From the sequence record MW021758.1: a stretch of 64,000 nt of DNA; one strand, 5' to 3'. Of the stretch, positions 47,195 through 57,083 are shown piece by piece. Positions within the stretch are counted from its first letter, which is position 1. Every line of letters starts with the position of its first letter. The notes under the pieces were generated by a model. The model was not told the DNA's origin. It did not search any database and worked only from the letters and a program-made list of their open reading frames with translations. The position numbers were made by a program, and so were the translations under genes.

Positions 47195-47635
47195 CTAAGA
47201 AGGGAACTCGATTTCCACGTTACTGAAATTATAGTTCGACATCGCCAAGGTCGATTCAATCAGCGCCTCTATGTCAGCGCTGTAGTATTGAACGATGTAC
47301 TTGACTTTCTCATCATCAAAGCCGTACTTGACAATGAGACTTTCTTTATCGGGCTGGGATACGATAATTATCTCAACATCGAAAGTAATACCTTCGCGTT
47401 TGAAAGTATTACGACTCTTCGCCGTGAGTTCGTTTTTCTCCTCATTGACGGACATTGTCCAATAAAGCGGATTGGACTTCTCATCGATGAGTTTCTTGGC
47501 CGACTCGTAGATATCAGTTACGTACCCAATAACTACCAGCGAGGCGTTTAGTTTTACCTTCTCGATAAACTCCTCATCCTTATCCACTTTAGGTGCCGGT
47601 TCGTTAGCTTTAATGTAGCGCGCTAAAAGGGTCAT
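47195..47635 (-). CDS. Hypothetical protein
   Basis: 146 aa, SD GGAGG. Confidence 0.75.
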   Translation of the reverse strand: MTLLARYIKANEPAPKVDKDEEFIEKVKLNASLVVIGYVTDIYESAKKLIDEKSNPLYWTMSVNEEKNELTAKSRNTFKREGITFDVEIIIVSQPDKESLIVKYGFDDEKVKYIVQYYSADIEALIESTLAMSNYNFSNVEIEFPS

Positions 47636-47650
47636 GTCTCCTCCTTGGAG

Positions 47651-48184
47651 TTATTGATCGAAACCATAAACGATACGAACATCGCCATGCTCAGCAACTT
47701 CTTCACGTACAAAAGTGCCGAAGGTGCCTAACACCGAACTAAGCGTACTTTCCCAGGTAACCAGAACGCAATCGTAATCATCCACTTTATTCGCCGCAGC
47801 CATATGGACGGTTTTGCCCCAAGCGTTGCCTGAGTAGCTATCCAATTCACTTTTCCCGTCCCAGGTCAAGAATTCCTTACGGGAAAGATAACCGCGACGA
47901 GGAATGGTCTTACCCGAATCCATCAGAGCAATTAATTCAGAGCCCATAAACCAGTTACGAGCGTAGTCGTAATCCCACTCAAACTCAGATGAGAATAAAA
48001 CCTCCGGCGCACCGTTGTGTTTAGAAAGGATAAAGCCTACCTCATCGGCCAGGTAATTTGATTTACCCCAACCAAATAGTTGGCTAAGCTCGCTACTTTT
48101 TAAAGGACCGAAGGAGCTGTAAGTATCAACCCAGGTCTTACCTTTCTTACATTGTGACTCTGCGTAAATATAAGTTCCCATCAT
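47651..48184 (-). CDS. Conserved phage protein (C-terminal VRIVYGFD type)
   Basis: 177 aa. Confidence 0.8.
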   Translation of the reverse strand: MMGTYIYAESQCKKGKTWVDTYSSFGPLKSSELSQLFGWGKSNYLADEVGFILSKHNGAPEVLFSSEFEWDYDYARNWFMGSELIALMDSGKTIPRRGYLSRKEFLTWDGKSELDSYSGNAWGKTVHMAAANKVDDYDCVLVTWESTLSSVLGTFGTFVREEVAEHGDVRIVYGFDQ

Positions 48185-48197
48185 TTTCTCCTTAGAA

Positions 48198-48704
48198 TTA
48201 TTGACGGATGGTTTTGTTCATGGCTTCGTTAGTGAAGTCGATCTTTGGCGTATCTACCATTACTGCGATATCCGGATAATGCAGTGTGAGGAGAGCTTCG
48301 AGTTGCTTGATAACTTCGGTACGATGCATAGCGCAGAAACATACACCGGAAGTAATACGACTGTAATCTTCTTCGTTGTATTTGATTCTGAAGGTAACAG
48401 TAGAGTTAACTTCAATAGTACCGATGACAGTGTAACCCGCCACTTCTGCTTTGTAGCTGAAATAGGATTCGCCACCTTGGTTTGAGTGAACCGCCCATTT
48501 GTCAGCCAGGCAGGCTGTAGCGGAGATCGAAGCCAGGTCAGTAAACATGACTCCCATCGCACGTTCCACATCACCCATAACGGTATCGATAAACTTACCA
48601 ACTTTACGATCTTCATCGCGACGGAATTCACTGATGGCTTCAGCGGTAGCTGGAGACTGGATGAAGTGTTTCAGAGCTTCTTTACGGGATTCTAGAGTAG
48701 TCAT
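48198..48704 (-). CDS. Hypothetical early protein
   Basis: First gene after promoter 48750. Confidence 0.8.
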   Translation of the reverse strand: MTTLESRKEALKHFIQSPATAEAISEFRRDEDRKVGKFIDTVMGDVERAMGVMFTDLASISATACLADKWAVHSNQGGESYFSYKAEVAGYTVIGTIEVNSTVTFRIKYNEEDYSRITSGVCFCAMHRTEVIKQLEALLTLHYPDIAVMVDTPKIDFTNEAMNKTIRQ

Positions 48705-48749
48705 TTTAGTGTTCCTTATTTAGGTTAATTTGAACTGCTATTCAAAAAG

Positions 48750-48766
48750 GTAATATAGACGTTAAA
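48750..48766 (-). promoter_or_regulatory. phiKZ-type early promoter
   Basis: Minus strand TTTAACGTCTATATTAC. Confidence 0.8.
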
Positions 48767-48974
48767 TAGGTTGGAGTGGGGTTAACCACTCCAACTATTC
48801 TCCCCACGGCTAACGGTTTGAGGGTTAGCTTCATACTACCATTAGACCCGTAAAAAATAATCAGACTCCGACCTGTTCTATGATGACTTATCTTAAACCG
48901 AAGGGTTAGCCATGTTGAAATACAACCCAAACAAAGATGCAAAAAGTTAGTTTTACGATTTACTTAACGAGAGT

Positions 48975-49430
48975 TTAAAAATACCTCGTGCTAAGGTAAC
49001 CGAATCTGACGTTACGTTTGGTGACCCTACTGAAATCCATGATTGCATCCATCTCAACTGCAAAATCAACGACGTCAAAGTAAGCGAGCGAGATGTAGTG
49101 GTGATGTACTGTACCTGACTTAGTGGGAAAACGGTAGTAGCAGCGAATGTAATCAGAGCTCTCCGTTAACTTGAATTCTTTCAACCTACCGTTGTCCCGC
49201 ATCCGGGTAAATGCATCTAACGCCAGGTTGTAATAATAGTTACGAGTATGATTCTCACCGTACTTGTGGAACCGAGGATTGGCATCCAATCTCGTTGTGA
49301 ACGTATAACAGTCCGTTCCTCTGTGGTCACGTAAATGCAGTGTCCAAAGTCGGATATTCATCTCTAACTTACGTTGGTAATAATCCTTTTGAATCAAACG
49401 TTTTAACCATTCAAACATACATTGCTCCAA
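48975..49430 (-). CDS. Hypothetical protein
   Basis: 151 aa. Confidence 0.7.
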   Translation of the reverse strand: MEQCMFEWLKRLIQKDYYQRKLEMNIRLWTLHLRDHRGTDCYTFTTRLDANPRFHKYGENHTRNYYYNLALDAFTRMRDNGRLKEFKLTESSDYIRCYYRFPTKSGTVHHHYISLAYFDVVDFAVEMDAIMDFSRVTKRNVRFGYLSTRYF

Positions 49431-49469
49431 AAAATAAAAAGCTAGGGGAAAACCCCTAGCTGTTATGAC

Positions 49470-50330
49470 TTATACTTCTTCGTCTTCTTCATCGGCGATA
49501 AACGCAGTGTACTGATCGAATACAACTTGACCCAGTGAAGTGAGTTCAACGGAACCATGGTGCGGGTTACCGGCGTAACCGATCAGCGACAGGTCGAGAA
49601 GCGCATTGAACGTTTCTACCGGGGTATACTCGTACTCTTCACGATAGAGGGTGCCGTTCTCAGCTACGCGGATCAGTAGACTGGCGCCACCTTCAAGTTC
49701 ACGAAGCATTTGGATCAGCTCAGGGACGGTATATACCATCTTAAGAGCATCGCCAGTACTTGGCAGGTCTTTGATCACTACCTTAGACCCAGTCGCCTTC
49801 AAGCGAGCTACAGCTGCCATGATGTCTGGTGTTTCACTGACAACTGACAGATCATCGGACTGCAGGGTAGTTGAAACCCCGGCGCTTTCCAGTAAGCGAT
49901 ACAAGATAGCAGCGACCGATGTTTTACCGGCGCGTGCTTGACCAGTGATTTCGATAGTCACTACTTTAGGATCGTGTCTAACGTAACGACGAGGGCTACT
50001 CATCAGTTCCTTCAGTTCATCAGTTGGTGCTGGTTCAGCTGAGATGGCGTTGAGCAGATTGTTCCAACCTTCTTCACCCAAGAGACGAGTGATCGTGTAC
50101 GCCATGTTCCATCCACTTGGCGCAAAAGCAATGTGACCAGAACAGCTGTTACCGTCTTCGCACATTGTGAGAATCGGATTAATTGCATCCCTGACGTCTA
50201 CGTCCTGCAGTTCGTATTTTTCCACCAGGGTATTGAAAGCCTTCTTGCGCCAGTCCTTATCGCCATGATCCACGATGATGGAAATTGGTTGGGCCGGGTT
50301 GTGGATATTGGTATCGATTCTGTATTTCAT
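49470..50330 (-). CDS. Mosaic protein with central P-loop module
   Basis: IEITGQARAGKT Walker A. Confidence 0.7.
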   Translation of the reverse strand: MKYRIDTNIHNPAQPISIIVDHGDKDWRKKAFNTLVEKYELQDVDVRDAINPILTMCEDGNSCSGHIAFAPSGWNMAYTITRLLGEEGWNNLLNAISAEPAPTDELKELMSSPRRYVRHDPKVVTIEITGQARAGKTSVAAILYRLLESAGVSTTLQSDDLSVVSETPDIMAAVARLKATGSKVVIKDLPSTGDALKMVYTVPELIQMLRELEGGASLLIRVAENGTLYREEYEYTPVETFNALLDLSLIGYAGNPHHGSVELTSLGQVVFDQYTAFIADEEDEEV

Positions 50331-50406
50331 TACACACTTCCTATTTTTTAGTAAGCGATGATCGCATCATAGTTCGGTCTGTTTGATAAACAGACTGTCG
50401 ACCAGG

Positions 50407-51138
50407 TCAATATAATTTAATTTCGCCGTCAAATGAGAATTCCGGAATGCCTTCCGAGCGCATGAGCTCCCAGAACCCGCCGCCAATCGCTTTGACTTTA
50501 GTCGTGTTGACATCAGCATCGCCCCACTTCTGACGAAGCAACTCAAACATCTCTTCAACGGTGTGTTCTTTAACTACCGTGCCGATGCGCCAATTCTCGG
50601 TGCCGGTCTGGTAATATTCCCTTAACTTATCGAGATCTTCCAAATACTCTTCGATAGGAGCACGTCCAAAGAACCCGGTGTTGAAGTACGGGTTATCTTT
50701 TTGGAAGTAGAGCTCGAAAGTACCTTTCACTTTGTAATCGGTGCTCAGAGCTTTACGGTAGTGGTTCAGAGCACTGAGGAAATACTCAGCACCGTCTTCC
50801 GACATAGTGATGATTTTACCATCGTGTACACACGGACCGAAGTCTCTGTAAAACGTGTCGAACAGTCTAGAGAACTCCGAAGAGACAATTGCTTGCGGGA
50901 ACAACAATTGACCCTTGTAGAAGAAATACTGACGATCGGTACAATCGAGGACACCGGTCATTTTAGTCAGAGTTTCCTCAGTAACGCCTTCACCATAACC
51001 GCCGGTTATTTTACCGGTAGCATCCAGAGTAATCAAACCGAAACCTAAGTCATGGCGAACTTGGTCGTAGCCCTTATTAATCTTAATACCTTGAACAACG
51101 GTATCCTGATTGAAACTAATATCGAATACTGCGCCCAT
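50407..51138 (-). CDS. Hypothetical protein
   Basis: 243 aa. Confidence 0.8.
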   Translation of the reverse strand: MGAVFDISFNQDTVVQGIKINKGYDQVRHDLGFGLITLDATGKITGGYGEGVTEETLTKMTGVLDCTDRQYFFYKGQLLFPQAIVSSEFSRLFDTFYRDFGPCVHDGKIITMSEDGAEYFLSALNHYRKALSTDYKVKGTFELYFQKDNPYFNTGFFGRAPIEEYLEDLDKLREYYQTGTENWRIGTVVKEHTVEEMFELLRQKWGDADVNTTKVKAIGGGFWELMRSEGIPEFSFDGEIKLY

Positions 51139-51198
51139 AATGTACTCCCTATTAAGACAGTAACCGTAGGGGCTAAATACCCCTACGGAATATGACAG

Positions 51199-52053
51199 TT
51201 AAACGGTGAAAGGATATTTGATCGGTGGATGAGCTGAGTAGTCTTCTAATACGACAGACTCTTTGGTCAGCGTATCGATACCATCAATCCCCGCCAGAAG
51301 TAACCGAGGATCTAGCCACAGAGTAGCGTTGGATTCCATGACCGGACGTTTCATTTCTTCAACGAACAGATCGTACTGGTTCTCGTAGACATGGACGTTG
51401 ATCATGTGGTGAGTTACCTTACCAGGAACCAGGCCGGTCAGACGGGCAACCAGATCCAGGAAGAAGTAACACTGCATCATGTTAGCCGGTAAGCCCAGCG
51501 GAACGTCCACTGAGCGACTGACTGAAGTCATGTGCAGTTTACCGTCGAAGATAGAGAAGGTATGCGTGTGCATACAGGGGCGCAGACAGCCGTAGTCGAA
51601 TTCGCCTGGGTTCCAGAACGTCACGACTTCACCCCGGTCGTCAATGCCTTGTTTCAGGTTATTGATGACTTTCTTCAACTGATCGAAATGCTCACCAAAT
51701 TGGTTAACCCAGTCCCTCATTTGGACGCCATAGATACGACCGAGGTCATCTTCACCTTTACGGTTAGGGTTAGCTAACCACGATTTGTTTTCGTTAGCAT
51801 TACCATCCCAGGTTTTGCTACCCAGTTCACGCAGATCGGCTGCGCTGTCTTTACCCTGAAGATAACCGATGAACTCACCGAACGCGCCACGGTAAGGAAC
51901 CTTACGCGTAGTGACCACCGGAACTTCACAGTTACCGACGTCATAGACGAACGTGTGGTTCAGTACAGTTTTACATTTAACGCCGGTACGTGGGTTCTCA
52001 ATCCAAATACCTTCGTTGATGATGCGGTTACCTAAATCAGAATACTGCTGCAT
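51199..52053 (-). CDS. thyA: Thymidylate synthase
   Basis: LGRIYGVQMR, LRPCMH, SRSVD, LPAN, NVHVY. Confidence 0.96.
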   Translation of the reverse strand: MQQYSDLGNRIINEGIWIENPRTGVKCKTVLNHTFVYDVGNCEVPVVTTRKVPYRGAFGEFIGYLQGKDSAADLRELGSKTWDGNANENKSWLANPNRKGEDDLGRIYGVQMRDWVNQFGEHFDQLKKVINNLKQGIDDRGEVVTFWNPGEFDYGCLRPCMHTHTFSIFDGKLHMTSVSRSVDVPLGLPANMMQCYFFLDLVARLTGLVPGKVTHHMINVHVYENQYDLFVEEMKRPVMESNATLWLDPRLLLAGIDGIDTLTKESVVLEDYSAHPPIKYPFTV

Positions 52054-52065
52054 CTCTTTCCCCTG

Positions 52066-52488
52066 TTAAATAACATCGGATAAAAATTGACCCGGCGCTA
52101 GCTCGATCTTTGTGACTAACGGGTGATTAAGCGCTTGGCACTCCCGAACCCACGATTCGAAGTTATTGTCCAAAAGATTGATAAAACCTTCTGGCGATCC
52201 GCGAGACTTATAACGCTCGATGAAGTCCGCTTTTGCCTCTAGGCACGGATAAACGAGAGTAAACGGAATCTCTGCCGAAATAAGTGCATCGCGAACGATC
52301 TCATGTGAAGACACAAAGACAAAGTCCAGCTCCCCTGAGTTTAATAGTTTCTGAATATGGGAAATGTAATTACCAGGGAATAGGCTCTTATCGAACTTAG
52401 AGGAATCTGAGTCCGAGCAGTTTAACCCAGTGTTGAACAGGGTACTTTTACCTACGCCAGGGAATCCGGAGATTACTTTACTTTTCAT
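52066..52488 (-). CDS. Small P-loop NTPase/kinase-like protein
   Basis: VISGFPGVGKST, DSDSS.F. Confidence 0.75.
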   Translation of the reverse strand: MKSKVISGFPGVGKSTLFNTGLNCSDSDSSKFDKSLFPGNYISHIQKLLNSGELDFVFVSSHEIVRDALISAEIPFTLVYPCLEAKADFIERYKSRGSPEGFINLLDNNFESWVRECQALNHPLVTKIELAPGQFLSDVI

Positions 52489-52757
52489 CATTTTGTACCT
52501 TTACATGGTGGTTCACATGCACACTGCTCCAGTTCGTAATCTGGACGCAGGTGCCATTTACACGGATACTCTCGCCAATCCTTATCCGAGTTATAACCCT
52601 CTTTCTTAGCCAACTTAATCGCGTTCTTCAGCGTGAGCCGATTAATGATTCTGAACGGAACCGTTGTCTTAAAAGAAAGGAAAGAGAGTGTATGACTAGC
52701 TCGTTTAAACTTGGCGGGGGACTGATCCATAGCGGAGTAATAAGAGAGAGTACGCAT
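52488..52757 (-). CDS. Hypothetical basic protein
   Basis: 89 aa. Confidence 0.6.
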   Translation of the reverse strand: MRTLSYYSAMDQSPAKFKRASHTLSFLSFKTTVPFRIINRLTLKNAIKLAKKEGYNSDKDWREYPCKWHLRPDYELEQCACEPPCKGTK

Positions 52758-52758
52758 T

Positions 52759-53151
52759 CTATTTCTTCTCGACGTAGAAGAATACCCAGGTCTTGCTGTG
52801 GTCTACTTCATTAGCCAACTTCTTAATGGCGTTCATGAACTCCTGGTCGGCAATAGCAGTAATACCGTTCGCTTCCAAATCGCCCAATGCTTTCAGTAAG
52901 TCTGGGTGAACAGCAAAACCATTTCCGTCCGGTATGGACGCATACGACTCGTTGTGGAATTTAGAATAGCAGTCCTGGATGAACAAAAGGAAATCTGGTG
53001 TTTTGGCCGTAGCTACCTCTTCGAAGCGATGGTAGAAAAGCTCATCGCTAATCATCCCGGCATCGAACTCTTTCGAGATATTAATCCACTGACGAGTGAT
53101 GTTATTCAGGTCAGGTTTAGGTAGAGTAGCTAATTTCAATACAAGGCTCAT
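52759..53151 (-). CDS. Hypothetical protein
   Basis: 130 aa. Confidence 0.75.
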   Translation of the reverse strand: MSLVLKLATLPKPDLNNITRQWINISKEFDAGMISDELFYHRFEEVATAKTPDFLLFIQDCYSKFHNESYASIPDGNGFAVHPDLLKALGDLEANGITAIADQEFMNAIKKLANEVDHSKTWVFFYVEKK

Positions 53152-53243
53152 TTAACTTACCTCGGTTAATTAAGTTAACTATAAATAGTGTTCGGTACGT
53201 ACAAAAAAATAAAGCCAGGGGAATTAACCCCTGGCCCTGGCTG

Positions 53244-53822
53244 TTACCAGATGAAGATGTAGTGTTCGTTCTCGATATCGGAGATACCGGCCATAGCGGC
53301 ACCAACTGCCTCTTGAAGACATCCCAGGAAGACCATTGGGTGTTTGCCTGGATTGTTACAGGCACGCTTCACACCCCTTCTGAAGTCGTCTACAGTACAC
53401 ATGTCATGAATGACGTGGAACGTTGCCAACTTAAATTGTTCTGGAGAAAGCATTGATTTCAACTTAGCGATCTCAGAGCTGTAACCAACGATGATAGTAC
53501 GTTTGCTGTACTGGAGTAAGTCAACTGTCCTTTCCAGACTAAGGTCGGTATCATGGCTATAGTTGTAAGTAGTTACAACAAATGCATCCTCTACAACCGG
53601 ACAGCATTCGCCATGAACCATACCATCAATTATCGGACCTGCCGATGAATAGCTGCCATCATCGTTTATCGTGACACGGAACTCGACTCCGTCGATAACA
53701 TCGCCGTTATTTATTTTTACCCCGGTGCGAGTATGGTGAGGAATACCATAACGCCAGTGCAGGTAAAAGTTGTTAGTGCCACGATGAATTGGTTTAGGGT
53801 GGAGCTTGGTTTTGTCAAACAT
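53244..53822 (-). CDS. Hypothetical protein
   Basis: 192 aa. Confidence 0.75.
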   Translation of the reverse strand: MFDKTKLHPKPIHRGTNNFYLHWRYGIPHHTRTGVKINNGDVIDGVEFRVTINDDGSYSSAGPIIDGMVHGECCPVVEDAFVVTTYNYSHDTDLSLERTVDLLQYSKRTIIVGYSSEIAKLKSMLSPEQFKLATFHVIHDMCTVDDFRRGVKRACNNPGKHPMVFLGCLQEAVGAAMAGISDIENEHYIFIW

Positions 53823-53870
53823 TATGGTATTCCTTATAAGTTATTCAGGTTTCTTAGATTTAACTAGGGT

Positions 53871-54752
53871 TTATAATTTATCTTTTAAGCGATAAATATA
53901 TTTCCAGTCTACATTAGGGTATTTCTTTTCAAACTCAGGTATGAATTGGGTCAGGTAATCTGATCGATGCTCTCTGAAAGTAAAACCCTTTTCAATAAGT
54001 GAAAAAATAGAGAGTTCATCAATACCAAAACGACGGATAAGTTCGCACAACTTATCCTCCCCGTCTGAAGTAAGCCAGCCTGGAGCAGATCCCCCATGTT
54101 CCTCCCATCCTAAGTCCCCTAACGAATGAAATACCCAGTAATAAACACCGTCAGAAAGATTCATTGGATCCGAACCTTGGCGCTGCTCATAGGTTTTCGA
54201 CCAACTATCGTTAGGTAATTCCATGTTACGAATGATCCCAGGAACTACCAACGCACGGAGTAAGAAGTAGTCGATTTTGTCCTGAACATTCTCGAACGAA
54301 TCGGCTTTACTGACTACGTGCGTAATCACAGGAGTAGGTTCCTGGTCTTCTTCATCTACGGTCTGATCATAATGCGCTCGGATGATCAGAACTAACAACT
54401 TACCAAACGGGGTTAATTTTAATTTATCATCAAGTGCTTTATGCCGAATTGCAGTTTGGATAAAGTATTCCAACCCGCCAGCGTAACCAATGTAATCGAT
54501 CGTTTCCTGATCGCTATCGATTGAGACTATTTGATCTACCCAAAATCGGTCCACCTCATCAGGCAGACCGCAGCCGCAAAACCCCAAGCGTTCAAATGCT
54601 AAGTAGTCGCGTACAGAACCTAATTCTGTTTCCACGCCATTGAGTACGATTAATGAATCTTCCCCCATGGCTTCAGTAATTGACAACTCTGGGGTTTCCC
54701 AAAGCGGAATTAAAACATCCGGGGTACCGTAATTAACTTTAATACTTTCCAC
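53871..54752 (-). CDS. AT-rich protein with CGCG motif and tandem winged-helix-like halves
   Basis: LGFCGCG...LKLTPFG and LGDLGWEEHGGSAPGWLTSDG. Confidence 0.7.
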   Translation of the reverse strand: MESIKVNYGTPDVLIPLWETPELSITEAMGEDSLIVLNGVETELGSVRDYLAFERLGFCGCGLPDEVDRFWVDQIVSIDSDQETIDYIGYAGGLEYFIQTAIRHKALDDKLKLTPFGKLLVLIIRAHYDQTVDEEDQEPTPVITHVVSKADSFENVQDKIDYFLLRALVVPGIIRNMELPNDSWSKTYEQRQGSDPMNLSDGVYYWVFHSLGDLGWEEHGGSAPGWLTSDGEDKLCELIRRFGIDELSIFSLIEKGFTFREHRSDYLTQFIPEFEKKYPNVDWKYIYRLKDKL

Positions 54753-54761
54753 TCCATTTCC

Positions 54762-55169
54762 TTACTTGTTAGGGTTATGGCGACCGATATATTCGCCGTA
54801 CCAATACCCGTCATCTTTCAAAGATAGTTTGTAATAAAACGACCGACACCACCCACGATACCCGTAATGACTTTCCGGGTAGCGAGTGTGTTTACCGTTA
54901 ATATCACGAGATATCTTAGACGGGATGTAGAAGTTGCCACCGGCTTTAATCCTCGTGAGTAGACCCGTCCCTAACTTGAAACGAAACTCGTTAGTCCACT
55001 CGTCGAAATAGAAATTAATGCTATCAAACTCTTCTTCAAACGACGCCAAGAATTCAGGGGATAACATACAGGTCCCCTGTTTAGCGCTGATACGGAGGAA
55101 CGGTACTGGTTCTTTCCGTTCCTTTTTGACCGGTGGTGACTTTACCTTCACGACGTTAACAAAAGCCAT
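54762..55169 (-). CDS. Hypothetical protein
   Basis: 135 aa. Confidence 0.7.
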   Translation of the reverse strand: MAFVNVVKVKSPPVKKERKEPVPFLRISAKQGTCMLSPEFLASFEEEFDSINFYFDEWTNEFRFKLGTGLLTRIKAGGNFYIPSKISRDINGKHTRYPESHYGYRGWCRSFYYKLSLKDDGYWYGEYIGRHNPNK

Positions 55170-55440
55170 TTGTCATCCCCGTATCCATGTATTTGCCCAT
55201 GACTACGACGTCAGCGTTACGACCGTATTGTTTAACCGCACTACGCGTTTTCGTCTTAGCCTTATAACCGGTCTTCAGACGCTCGTAGAGCGATTTAAGT
55301 TGACGGACAGACATTCGGTCCAGTTTACGTTTTGGAACGCCCCAGTCCATTACCAGGTGCTCTACGTAGATATCCCGAGTATTAGACTTGTAGTCTTTGA
55401 ACTCGAAGGATACGGAGAAAGTGTTGCTATAAGTTGCCAT
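55156..55440 (-). CDS. Hypothetical basic protein
   Basis: 94 aa. Confidence 0.7.
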   Translation of the reverse strand: MATYSNTFSVSFEFKDYKSNTRDIYVEHLVMDWGVPKRKLDRMSVRQLKSLYERLKTGYKAKTKTRSAVKQYGRNADVVVMGKYMDTGMTNGFC

Positions 55441-55448
55441 TCTTTACC

Positions 55449-55931
55449 TCAACGGAATCCGGTGATTTTCAACAGAGCCGATACCGGTAACTCGGAAACA
55501 TCCTGAGTGGAATCTAATCCGAGATAGTTATTAACGACTGCAGTAGGAGTACGCTCGACTTTGACGTTTACGATACCGCGTTGTAACCCCACCGATACCC
55601 TTACTGCAATCTGCCCGTATTTCAGAGTTTGGACAGTGATACGTTGCGTATGGATACCAGAGGCGTGAGTAACTGAGTTAAACACGACAGGAACCATGGC
55701 ACCTAAAGAGTGCCCGTCTACGATAATGTTATCGATGACGATCTCTTCAAGTTCTCTAAAGTTGGTTAAACGGAATAGCTTATGGACGCAATTAGGAGCG
55801 ACCATGATGGCTACTGTATCTTTTGTCCCAGGTGGAATCGTGTCAACTAATTCCCGAACAGCGGTAATTTTATCGCTATCCGACATAGTGGAGTTAGTCA
55901 GAACCTGTAAGATCTGTTTCTTAATACTCAT
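55449..55931 (-). CDS. Hypothetical protein
   Basis: 160 aa. Confidence 0.75.
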   Translation of the reverse strand: MSIKKQILQVLTNSTMSDSDKITAVRELVDTIPPGTKDTVAIMVAPNCVHKLFRLTNFRELEEIVIDNIIVDGHSLGAMVPVVFNSVTHASGIHTQRITVQTLKYGQIAVRVSVGLQRGIVNVKVERTPTAVVNNYLGLDSTQDVSELPVSALLKITGFR

Positions 55932-56407
55932 GATCCAGTATACGCCTCTAACTTCATGATGATAGATTGGATGTTGGAGATAAACAGCTCTTTCGCCATT
56001 TTGTTCTGTTCAACATCATTGCCCATTACAGTACCGCGAATGGTGAAGGTTGGGATGGTGAACTCCAACATATCTTCAGTCATGATGTAATCTTCATCCT
56101 CATGCCAAGGAGCCACCATCAGACCGTATTCGAACTTGAGAATACCAGAGACGAAGATCTCGTCCATGATCTCATCGGCGTATCGACCAGGTGCATCTCC
56201 GTTCTTCACGCCAAAGGTAATGTAGGGCTGACTCCCTGGGCGGTCAGGGTGGCCGATGCATGACCACAACGGAATTACCTGAGGGATGTTATTAAGCTCT
56301 TCCAGTAGTTCCGGTAACCCGGCGTCAGCACCTTTAAACCCCTCTTTCTTCCACTTACGGAAACGTTCAATCGCCAGAGAATATTCGTGATGTTTCAAAC
56401 CTTTCAT
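55928..56407 (-). CDS. TYW3-like (SCxGH motif) protein
   Basis: LEELNNIPQVIPLWSCIGH...PYITF. Confidence 0.45.
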   Translation of the reverse strand: MKGLKHHEYSLAIERFRKWKKEGFKGADAGLPELLEELNNIPQVIPLWSCIGHPDRPGSQPYITFGVKNGDAPGRYADEIMDEIFVSGILKFEYGLMVAPWHEDEDYIMTEDMLEFTIPTFTIRGTVMGNDVEQNKMAKELFISNIQSIIMKLEAYTGS

Positions 56408-56757
56408 TACTGGGTACTCCGATCAATGAGGACGCGATCTACGCTGCGATGGAAACGAATAGGTGCAACGATAGAACCGTCGTGACTAATGAGCATCCCC
56501 TGGACGTAGCTTTCATCAGCCCAGGAGATATAAACGGGAACGACAATGGAAGTAGGCTCCAATGGTTTTATTTTGTCGTTGAATGCAATTGCAGCTGCGT
56601 AGACTTCGCGATTACTAGTGCAGCCTGAGCCTGGATTGTAGACGAACAACCAATTCTCTTGGTCTTCTTCTTTGTTATCCATAGCGAGCAGGATACGATC
56701 CCCTTCCTTTACAGACATCAGTCCATCTTCAATCTTAGTTACATCAGTAGTTTTCAT
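56407..56757 (-). CDS. Hypothetical protein
   Basis: 116 aa. Confidence 0.75.
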   Translation of the reverse strand: MKTTDVTKIEDGLMSVKEGDRILLAMDNKEEDQENWLFVYNPGSGCTSNREVYAAAIAFNDKIKPLEPTSIVVPVYISWADESYVQGMLISHDGSIVAPIRFHRSVDRVLIDRSTQ

Positions 56758-56839
56758 TCTTCAACTCCCCTTACTTTAATCAAAAAGAAATCACTAGAGC
56801 GTAAAATAAGCGAGAGGGAATTAACCCTCTCGCCTGTGT

Positions 56840-57079
56840 TTACGAATTGTACTTGAGATCAACTGCTTCCTTCAGACCAGTAGCTTCTGCACCCAGCGCT
56901 TTACGTTTGACAGCACAGATAGCTTCCAGTTCTTCCAGATTGAAATACCCGTCCAACTGAACTTGCGTGCTGTCGCCGTCAAGGTAGTTGATCCACTCAC
57001 TAGTGCCGTCAATGAGTTCATGAGCGGTTTCGAGGATACGTTGTTCCTCTTCTTCCTTGGTAATAACTTTCAGACCCAT
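56840..57079 (-). CDS. Hypothetical acidic protein
   Basis: 79 aa. Confidence 0.7.
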   Translation of the reverse strand: MGLKVITKEEEEQRILETAHELIDGTSEWINYLDGDSTQVQLDGYFNLEELEAICAVKRKALGAEATGLKEAVDLKYNS

Positions 57080-57083
57080 CGGA

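Noticed and set aside
51199-52053. ThyA as a base-hypermodification enzyme (hydroxymethylase)
   Set aside because: The dUMP-specifying Asn (LPAN) is retained, DHFR and dUTPase are present, and no modification genes are adjacent
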